Shown here: positions 53,608 through 64,000 of the stretch, piece by piece
How positions within the stretch are numbered: position 1 is the first letter of the stretch
Layout of the letters: every line of letters begins with the position of its first letter
From: Octopus vulgaris
Lineage: Eukaryota
Reading direction: 5' to 3'
Assembly (NCBI GenBank): GCA_951406725.2
Contig: OX597816.1
Coordinates: 99,696,001 to 99,760,000 of the forward strand
DNA length: 64,000 bases
The notes under the pieces: generated by a model
The model's input: the letters and a program-made list of their open reading frames with translations, nothing else
What the model was told of the DNA's origin: nothing
Databases searched by the model: none
Program-made: the position numbers and the translations under genes

Positions 53608-55109
53608 TAAAACTGAGAATAAACTAAAACTCAGTTTTAGTTTATACACAACTAGACTCAACAACATTCTTTAGTATGCTCTCAATTTTTGATAAGGATA
53701 AAATATGCATATCCCAGTTTCGTTATCTGCTATTTCCTTCATCAATTCTTCTATAATAATAATAATTCCTGTTGTATGCTTTTTGCACTGAGAACAGTGA
53801 TATGTAATTAATTTAATTTAATCAAATTAATTTTAATTATTCTATCATGTTATTTACATGTTAATATCACTGTTCGAAATGATTGTATGCATGTATTAAA
53901 ATTCTTTTATATTTCAACATCTTCTCTTTTCCATCTTTTAACATACTTGTTGGTTTCTATGGGATACCTTTCCATAAATTTTCATAACACACCATATAGA
54001 TGTAATAATAATTTCCTATTCACAAAAATCTTATGCCAGTAAGCTACCAGCAAAATATGAAGACTCTTTGCTAGAAATTACCCTTTGGAACCCTCCAAAG
54101 TAAAGGATGAAATACATACATACATACATACATACAGAAATACACACAAACTCACACATATGCATGAACACAGGCATATACAATGATATATATTTGCAAT
54201 ATACCTAGCCAGTGATGTGATTTGGTCATGGTGATATACAGAATGTATAGTTGATGTGAAAGCCAATCAGAGAATGAGATGTCTAAAGAAAAACAAAAGA
54301 TGGGAAGAAGTTTCAAAGTACTGTTATTCTTGAGAAGAACTTTCCAAAATGTTTTGGAAAAATAGAGTGAGGAGACAGAAAGTAATGAATATAGAGTACA
54401 TCTATCAAATTTTCATAGAATCAAGGGTTGAAGGTAGAAAATCTGAAGGAAGAGCACTGAACATGCAAAGACAAGAGATTGGAAGAGATGAATCACACAT
54501 AAAAAGATAATGTTAGTTCAGTAAAGCTGTAACAAATTTTTTTTAAAAATCAATATTATTTTTAAAATGTTAAATACAAGAAAGATTTTGTATCAAATGG
54601 CTCTTGTAAAATGAGACAATCCCAGATTTTGCATGTTATGTTATGTTAAATTAATAATTGCAAATCCAGATGAAGTGAAATCCTAGACTGGTTATTAACT
54701 AAACCTTCATGAAATAGATAGTTTTGCATTACATTGTACAGCATGAAGATTGAGATGTGATTAGTGGTATTTTGGCAGCTCACATTAACAAAAATGTAGC
54801 CTAGTTTATTATGACACATACTAGTATTAACTGCAGTAACTGCAAGGTTAGATTATTTAGCACAATTATGATTTCAAACCTCATCACATCAGAGATGAAG
54901 AGTAAAATAAACCTTAATGTGATTTGAATGAAAAACAATAATATACCACAAGTGGATAGAGTTGAGGATTTGTTCTGTCACTCAAGTGTACTTCTCTGAA
55001 AAGTATATTGAGACTGTAAATTATTCATCCTAGCATTTTACAGACTTAGCTATTTACACTCTTATGGAAAAATATTGTGATAAACAGACTCCTCAAAAAT
55101 GAATCTTAC

Positions 55110-55133
55110 CAAAATGAAAAGTTTTCAACCTAT
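55110..55133 (-). CDS. Candidate 24-nt micro-exon (phase 1-1): RLKTFHF
   Basis: Acceptor attttcttgaaattcacag, donor TTG|gtaaga; frame-preserving. Confidence 0.33.
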
Positions 55134-55659
55134 CTGTGAATTTCAAGAAAATAATACATTTAGAACAGCACATTATTGAGCTTTGACTGCTTGGCAGTAA
55201 TTTACAGTGCACAGGTACAGTTGTAAATGTTTATATAACAGTTACTCAAATTTACACCCAACCTTTGCCTTTAAGAAACATGATAACCAACATTCAAAGC
55301 CCCTTGCCTGGTAAACAAGCTATTGATAGAGCTGGAATACAATAGAATTCCAGCTACCACAGAGTAGCAGAAGATTCACTGAATTAGTTATCCTCTATGT
55401 AAACAACTTTTATTTATGAATGTACACATATGAACATGTGTATTGTGCGTATCTGTATGCTTTTATGTTTGTAACACTAGTGTACCATGACACTTATTTC
55501 TTTAATTATCTTTGCATATATAAACATATGTAAATGTTTATATATCACTATATCAGTAATATTTATATGCACATATTGTGTGTGTGTGTGTGTGTGTGAT
55601 TTGATGTTATATCATCAGTGGTGAAATAAAATAGCAAGAACATAGTAAGTAGAATAGTA

Positions 55660-55850
55660 CAATGGTATTATATGAAGAACAATATACTGACATTATGTAA
55701 AGAGCAATATACTGATTTAATAAAAGAAAATCATGTTAAAATGACATTGTATAAAGAATAATATCTGGCATTATAGTAAAGAACAATATAATGATGTTAT
55801 AGAAAGAACAACATAATGGTATTATATAAAGAAAATATAATAGCTTTATT
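55660..55850. repeat. Degenerate ~25-bp minisatellite
   Basis: Units like aatgacattatataaagaacaatat, ~7-8 copies. Confidence 0.75.
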
Positions 55851-57373
55851 ACTGAATTCAGAATCTTTTATACAGAAATCATACGAAAAGATTATGTAGC
55901 TCAATAACCCAGCTGTTAAAATTTTGGTAGCTCACCATTGCATGTATGTATGCTTGAGTATTTATGTTTTTATATGTAAGTATTCATGTATGCATATACA
56001 TGTGTGAGTATAAAACTACACACGTGTTCAGTTGCTACAAAATTTTTCGTTTATATTCATGTGTATATAAATGTAAAATGTTTGTGTATATTAGTGATAT
56101 GTTTTTGATAAGGATGGTAAAACAGTGCGTGTTGAATATCAAGGTATGTTAAACTTGTATGTTTCTGTTTTTTTTTTTTCTCCCTTTTTTCATTCTTTCA
56201 TTTTGCATACAAAAGTAGGTTAGCTGAATGGATAAGAGGTGAGACCACCTGCTCATAAATTTAAAGTTCTCTCCTTTGGCACCCTTATTAAGAATAATCA
56301 TTAATGCTAATGACTGATCTTCTCATTACAGCTGTAATTTTAATGTATTAAGCATTATTTTGCTTCACTACATATTAATCCACACTTAACAATATGTTCT
56401 TCATGAAGCTGGTACTCCTGGGAAATTTTCTACTACTTTACCTGTTCATAGGTTGTAAGTTCAAATCTAAGACAGGCATTTCAAAGTACTTTTGAATGAA
56501 ACATTATATGCTATATTTCTCCTGACAATGTATTTGTTTGGTTATATATATATACATATATATATACCAGATCAATCTGGTATATCTGTTACCTATGATA
56601 GAATCATGACATAGCCAAAGGAAGACTTATCTCTACTGCTTCACATAGTGAAGCCAAAGTTAAGCACCGATTCTCAAAAGCTCTTTTGATTTGGAAATAT
56701 TCACTATCTTATATCTATTTTCAATACTAAACATGAGAAAATTAATTTCTTTGTTTGAGCAATGTGATACTAGATTTAAAGCAAAGTATCATTTGTATTG
56801 ATAATTTTTCTACTGTGAAGAAGAAGAAAAATTCATCTTGGATAGTCCAGCAAACTGGAGTCACTAAACACATGGGTGTTGGCTAGAAGTACAGCATGGT
56901 AGTTGTTATAAAATTTGGACATATAACCACACGACCTGTAGGCCAGCACATTAACATTACTACAATTACTTTTGCCGGGGAAAATTAATTTGTCTTATAA
57001 GGTGTTAAAAGCCCAGTTCAATCAGCCTTATTGATTAAACTAGCTGTATAACTATACAGAATCTTGTATGTATGTATGTATGCATGTATGCATGTATGTA
57101 TGTATGTATGCATGCATGCATGTATGCATGCATGTGTGTGTGTGCATGAAATGCGTATGCATGTGTGTGTTTGTGTGTGTGCCTGTATATTTGTATGTGT
57201 GTAATTAAAATTTCAAAACTCAGATAAAGAATTCGTGTAACTAACTTCAAAATGAGGTGAGGGCGACTGCCAATACATTATAATGATCTGTTTTTACAAT
57301 AAACTGGTCTTTATAATGTATATGTATGTGGTTATGTTTGTGTATGAGAATGTATCAGTATGTGTGTGTGTGT

Positions 57374-57417
<44 letters not shown>

Positions 57418-57426
57418 ATACATTCA

Positions 57427-57590
57427 TAGGCATTGCTGTGTGGTAAGAATGTTGCTTCTCAAGCACATGGTTCTAGCTTCAGTCCCACTGTGTGGTACCT
57501 TGGGCAAATATCTTCTACTATAGCCTCAGGCCAATCAAAACCTTGTGAGAGGATTTAGCAGACAAAAATGGAAAGAAGCCCATCATATAA
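57427..57590 (+). mobile_element. SINE family A, 5' head
   Basis: gctgtgtggtaagaa...cagtcccactgtgtggtaccttgggcaa...gaaagaagccc. Confidence 0.85.
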
Positions 57591-58004
57591 CTGTGTGTGT
57601 GTGTGTCTATCTATGATGTATAATTTATAAATTTTAATTCTTAATATTATAAAGTAAAAAGTTTTATTCTTAATTTTTCATTCGTAATTTTTAATCTTTA
57701 ATGCTTAATTGTATTGCTTATTTTTAAAGGGATGTAAAATTAGATATATATTATTTTGAAATAGGACCTGAAGATGTGTTGGAATAGTGGTGGTTTAATA
57801 AAGTATGTGATTGAGTATTATCTGGTAATTGAAATTTGATTTAGATGTATTTCTCCATTTTCTTATTAGTAATTTGTGGTAAATCATTTTACCTTCGCCC
57901 ATATAATACAGTAAATGAATTGATTGCATTGCAATCCTTAACATTTATGTATTAACTTTGTTGGGTACTTCACTAGCAGTATATTGGATATATGTTATCC
58001 CATT

Positions 58005-58068
<64 letters not shown>

Positions 58069-58481
58069 CAGTTGTGTATATGTATATATATTGTAATCTT
58101 CCAATACTGAAACATGTGTAGTTCCTTCATATTTAATAGATATAAGTATTAACTAAAGTATGATATAATTAATGAAGTGTATTATATACTCAGCTGGTAA
58201 TTTTGGTTATAGCCTTAAAGTATCATTTTGTGTTGTGCAAACTGATACCATGAGATTACTGTTAAACATACTCATTATATTATTATTGTATTGTCTGAAA
58301 TAGAATACCTGCATATCGATTAATCCCCCAAAATTGAATATTGACTTTTATCAGATAATTTTGTATATTTTTAGAAAATATATATAAATATACGATAAAT
58401 AAGACCCCAAAGTATGATATGTAGATGCATATAATGCTGCAGTGTTACACCTGATTGATTTGGAAATTTGTTTTCCCAAAT

Positions 58482-58549
<68 letters not shown>

Positions 58550-59639
58550 TTATTCATAAACATGTATACACACACACACATATATATGTGTGTGTATGTA
58601 TGCATACTTACTTCATGATATTCAATTTATATATTCCATGGAATACTGAAATTGTTTTCTATTTCTCTACAATTCAGATATACACCAGTGTATTTATATG
58701 TATACCAGTGGTATACTTTTGTCTACTGAAAAACAAAGTTCTGAACATTATATAAAGGTAAGATTGCATCGTATTTTATAAATCAATTTTCAGATATACT
58801 GTATATGTATGTATGTACATACAACAATTAATTATACATGACACATCACAACATATCACAGAATATATACTTTTTTCTACATGTAACCATACTTGGGTCT
58901 GACTTAGAGTTTGGATTAAAACTCACTTTCATGAGAACATGCAATTAGTAACTGAAATACCACAATTAAATTTTGAATTTCCTCATGATATCACCCATTT
59001 ATTAGCTGTAATATAAGTGGAATAGTAATTAACCACTGCTCTTACTGCCTCTTCTCTTTTGACGTTGCGCCCTCTCTAAATATTTCTGTCTTTTTCAATC
59101 TATAGTCTCTCCCTGTAGATATCTCTCCCTCTCTCTCTCTCTCACACTTGCTCACTCTCTCATACTCTCTCTCTCTTTCTTTTCTTTCTTTCTCACTCTC
59201 TTGTATTCTCTCTCTTTCTTTCTCTCTCTCTCTCTTACTTTTTCTCTCTCTTTGTTGTTTTTACATGTCTGACATTGTCATTTTGACCTGGCTCTTCATG
59301 TCTGACACTGCATTATCAAATTGTCCATTATAGCCTTGGTGCCCTTTGAGTTGAGTGACCACAAAGAGATTCCTCATTGAGGGGTGAGTAGAGTAGGCAC
59401 ATTACACAACTTTCAGGCCTATGTGCACCTTTAGAAGAATTTGATCTGTTGAAAGCATTTGGACTGGTACTGGGTCAAAAACAGGCTGAGACTATTACAA
59501 ACAATAAAAGCATGTGCATAAAGTACCGAGAGAAGAAAGACAACACAAAGATTTTTCAACACTTACCTAAACTAATTTTCTAACAAAATTACATCAATTT
59601 GGAGGAACATAGGATTAGGCTAATACTGTAGTAGTAATA

Positions 59640-61120
59640 AATTTATTTAAAGGTTTCAAAAATAAAAGATATTTTAAATTTATACTAATAGGTATTTCTA
59701 GCTACTACTCCTCTGTTAAATTTATTCTTCTCAATAGATCTCTAATTATCACAATGTAAAACTCTAAATTATCTAGACAAGAAGTAGATACTATATTAGC
59801 AACTATGGAAACTATTATTGAACTCAAAGGTAATTCTGAACTTGAAAAGACAGACCTAATAATTTTGATATAACCATGGGTTTGAGTGACTTGGCAAAGG
59901 CTACTGATTTAGTTGGTATATAGATATTATACAACATTAAAAAGGAGTTCCTGGAAATAGCGGGTGATGTATATAGGATCAATGAAGCTTTACCTTTTAT
60001 AACTGCAGTTACATGAAACTCAAGAGGAATAGAAACAAACTAAACACTTTCTTCAAAAACATAAGACTATCTATAAATTAAGAAATATCTGTAAGGTAAT
60101 TAATTTCTTAGATATAACATTAGAACTTAAAGCTGACCAGCAAGAATCCAGAATTCATTAACAAAAATTTCAGCCAAGCTGGATCAGTAATTAAGTCTAT
60201 TATTAGAAGGATCTCATCTTAAATATCCAAGTTAATGACATTTTCTTCAAAAATGTGGAATGCTATAATGTAACTTTATCAAGCACTGGATATACTGAAA
60301 TTATTCAATATATCCCAGGTAACAAGGATTTAGAAATGTGCAAAGATTACGGGTCATATTCACAAATGTATACACATTGTAATACATCCAGTGTGGGAAA
60401 TTTTAATTACAATAGCAACAACAATTGCAAGTATACTATTAATCTACTGCTTGAATATGGACTAAAACTAATATAAAGCATTGAAAACAACACAAAGAAT
60501 CAATAATCCCTGTGGACAATACCAAAACTTTTTTTCTAATTAGTGGTACCAACCTGCTAAAAAATTTTATATCTTTCCTTAGAAGCCCTAAGCATGATTT
60601 GGATGACATAGGTAATAGGCTTCAATTTAGCAGAAGTAGTAAATATACATAGTACAAGCTATATTCGAATATAATGACCATACCTCATATGACTGCAGGG
60701 GACAGGGCAATTGAATTTAAAGTGAACTCAACAACACTCAATAACAATAAAACAAGTAAATGCAGGTTATGTAAGAGAAATATTATGTGGTTCCACTCTC
60801 ACCTTTGGACTTCATATAGCCTTAGATATTTCAGGAATTTTCTTTAAGGTATTGGAGAAGCACTTTTCCCCTCACTAATGGATATAGCAATATCTCTATT
60901 AGACATACAGAAAAATTTGCATACTCCATCACACCTAATTTAGCTGGTAATACAGCAGCAAATAACAATAAAAAAATGTATGTATGTATAAAGCAACCCA
61001 ACTTTATCATTAACACCAACACCTTCTTAATGATAAACAACAACAACTGTATTTACAAAATAAGCAACGTTATCAAAAATAGTTTACAATGACTTAAATT
61101 AATGTGGTACTCTATTGCAC
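59640..61120 (+). mobile_element. Degraded Penelope-like retroelement
   Basis: Fragments KVINFLDITLEL, VIKSIIRRISS, KRNIMWF, FFKVLEKHF in the order expected for a Penelope RT/thumb region. Confidence 0.7.
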
Positions 61121-61229
61121 TTTAAAAGTTGAATGAGGATTGATTTAGGACTAAACAGCAACGCATTTAAGAACATTTATATGACAATTTGCTTAGAAGG
61201 AAAGGTGGAACTTCTAGCAAAAAATACCC

Positions 61230-61980
61230 TTTCTTATTTGTAAAGCTTGGTTTGAAAGTTTGAAGTACTTAAACTTGCATAACATAAAAGTGACCAGTGA
61301 AGCTGCCACAGCTGACATAGAGGCTGTTGCTAATTATCCTGAGCAGCTGAGGAAAATGATTGCTGAAAGGAAGTTAATTACCAGAGCATGTGCAATATAC
61401 AATGCTGATGAAATTGCAATTTTCTGCAAGTGCATACCTGCAAGGAATTAAATTTCTCGAAAAGAAAAATTAACACAGAGATTTAAAGCTTCCAAAAATC
61501 CTCTTTTACAATGAACTCAGTTCATACACTGATCTGTACGAAAGAAAGATGTGCCATAAACATCAAACAACCTTGAACAAGTTCATCATCCTTCAAACAG
61601 ATATTGATGATGATGATGATGATAAACTTCTCACTATTTCACATTCCACCACCATCCCTCACAGAGTTGTGAACATCTTTTGTGGTTAGAATATACCTGA
61701 TTATAATATTGCAATTCTTATTTATTCTTTAACATATTTATTTTCAAATGTTTGTATGTATATGCATCATACTATACTTGTTTTGAAATTGTTATTTTCA
61801 TACTTAAAATTGGTTGCATTACTAATTTTGCTATTGCTGTTGCTTTCCAAAAAAAATCCATTGGAACACATCTTGCTTTATCACATGAAAATCAGTGGCA
61901 GAATTAATTTTGTATTAACAGATTTCACATTACTTGAAAATTTTCAGGAAAGTATTACTTTTAAAACATGAGGGATACAC
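61230..61980 (+). mobile_element. pogo/Tigger transposon remnant
   Basis: LHNIKVTSEAATADIEAVANYPEQLRKMI...IYNADE..FCKCIP...RFKASK; ends in TIR-like catgagggatacac. Confidence 0.85.
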
Positions 61981-62047
61981 ACACACACACATACACAAAT
62001 ACATGCATGCATACATACATACATACATACATACATACATACATACA

Positions 62048-62078
<31 letters not shown>

Positions 62079-62252
62079 GCATGAAAGTTCAAAGAATTCT
62101 ATATTATCAAATGGTTAATTATAAAAATTTAAATTTGTTACCAAAGAATCTTTTGAAAGAAATTATTATTATTGTTTAGCATTTGTGTGAACAAAGAATA
62201 TATAGCATACCATGTATATATAATTGTTTCTATGTATACAGCAATGCTCTAC

Positions 62253-62338
62253 CTTCTTTATTTAATAGTTTAGCATATGATTTAAGGATAAGTTGCCTGC
62301 TTTTTCTTGCAAATTGAGTGACTATGTAATGTTTCTTT
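62253..62338 (-). CDS. Candidate exon (phase 2-1): KKHYIVTQFARKSRQLILKSYAKLLNKE
   Basis: Acceptor ttttcaacattgtttag, donor AAG|gtagag; phase-compatible with 55110-55133. Confidence 0.33.
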
Positions 62339-63875
62339 CTAAACAATGTTGAAAATGTGTAGAATATAAAATGCTGTAAAAGATACTTAAAATACGAATA
62401 CTTGAAAATGTGTGTCAATAGTAATATTCATTTTGTTGCAAATATTGAATACTCAACATCTGATTAGTTTTACGTAACAAGGCTGCATTTATTGCAAAAT
62501 ATAAAACTATGATTTATTGTTTCTTTACATGCTCTCAAAACACTAACAGTATTGAAATTATATAAGTTTCATTTTAAAATGATTTGATTCTTTTTTCTAA
62601 AATAAATTAAAACTGGAATTTAGAGAAAATATTTTCTCTATTTCTAATTAATTGTCAATAATTTTGAAGACAAGTACAGGTAAGTAGCTTCAATTGCCTG
62701 TGTCACATCTAATATTGGAAACATTGTATATGAGAATTTAGCAGCTACATTAAGAAAAGGATGTGGAAGGAGTATAGGAAACTGCTGTCTGTTGACTGGA
62801 GAGATTTTATCTCTCTAAATTAAAGGCAGAAAATATGGAACTTATGTAAGTGTAATGCTACACTTAGTAAGTCATGAAAATAAATATCCTAGATCTGTAG
62901 ATAGTGGATGGAAATGAAGTACTTATAATGATTGGGGTGTATGATAATAACTTGCATTATAAAATGAAAATAGATTAAAGATTGGATGGCTATTAAAGAC
63001 ATTGACCAATGTATACTGAAGAGATAACTGCATTGGTGTAAATTATGTAAATGGATAAGTGCAGGATCAAAATATACTATAAACTGACAATGAAAGGTAC
63101 CTTTAGTGGAGGAAGACAATCTCCTTTACTGTAGGCTCCTTTCTTTGCCTCACAGATGAAATAGCAAAGTATCAAAAAGAGAGACGATATGATACATGGA
63201 AAACAATGATAATAACAAGGAATATGTCAAGAATGAATGAATGATGATGATGACGATGATGATGATCATCATCACTATGGCAGTTGAGAAATTGAGGATC
63301 AGGGAGAAGGAGAGGATGATGGTGTTGAAGAAGAAAGGGACAAGAGTGATAAAGGAGATGAATAATGATGATGAATACATCCTCATGACTCTCACACATT
63401 TCCACACTAATATTGCTGGTGCTGAGACCAAATCGTTTATCAATCTGAATTGACTGCACAAGTTAGTCTTCTCAGCTACTCTGACAAATACATTAACACA
63501 CCAAATATTCATGACCTCTTTCTAACCTCTAGATTCAATCTCTGGTCAGCTATGATTATCAGTAATGCCTGCTACTTTCAATCATCATTGGAGTTCACAA
63601 GTATTTGTTGTCTTAACCCATCGTTTAAAAATTAATTTCTTCAATTTCACCTTCTATTCCAAACACAAAGGAATTGATGATTGAATCTAAGGCACCAATA
63701 GAAAATAAAGTATACCTCACCTAATATTTAATAATTTAGCTACACCATATTCTAGAAGTATATTTTTGTGATACTCTATCCATTTATCCCATACCACATC
63801 ATCTTAGAGTGAATATAAGTGTGTGCGTGTGCACACACACACACACAAACATATACAGGTAATAATGTTTGTTTT

Positions 63876-64000
63876 TAAACTTTAGCATTGAAACCTGTTG
63901 TATCCAGCCCAAATATTCTACCTGTTTTATGCTCAAACAGGCCAGATCTAGCCTTTCACACCTAGCCATTTTACAAAATAAACAACCACATCATCAAAAT
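63876..64000. mobile_element. Start of a probable piggyBac-type non-autonomous element, running off the window
   Basis: ttaaactttagcatt start resembles TTAA-CCCTTT termini; the second end is not visible. Confidence 0.4.

Noticed and set aside
55660-55850. Regularly spaced repeats resembling a CRISPR array (also 1552-1700 and 52624-52720)
   Set aside because: No unique spacers, degenerate units, eukaryotic context and no cas genes.
63156-63453. Acceptor-like site followed by acidic/Met-rich ORFs
   Set aside because: The frame stops within ~30 codons without a donor; the remainder is GAT-rich low complexity.

Overview
AT-rich, microsatellite-dense eukaryotic DNA. Its SINE/LINE repertoire is typical of a cephalopod (Octopus-like) genome; this is an inference from the repeat sequences. 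Nearly all ORFs in the supplied track are simple-repeat artefacts. The window is dominated by decayed mobile DNA: two mariner elements with paired TIRs plus a fragment, a DD37D (maT) element, piggyBac, hAT and pogo/Tigger remnants, hAT MITEs, RTE, CR1-like, R4/RLE and Penelope retroelement fragments, and many tRNA-derived SINEs. No intact, confidently nameable gene was found. A phase-compatible chain of small minus-strand exon candidates may encode a host protein with faint, unverified resemblance to the GREB1 C-terminus. The most notable structures are a 154-bp inverted duplication bracketing about 4.1 kb, a 239-bp local copy plus a snap-back palindrome inside a SINE's (TA)n tract, several palindromes beside TA tracts, a foldback-like element holding a maT transposase fragment, and degenerate hammerhead-like motifs.
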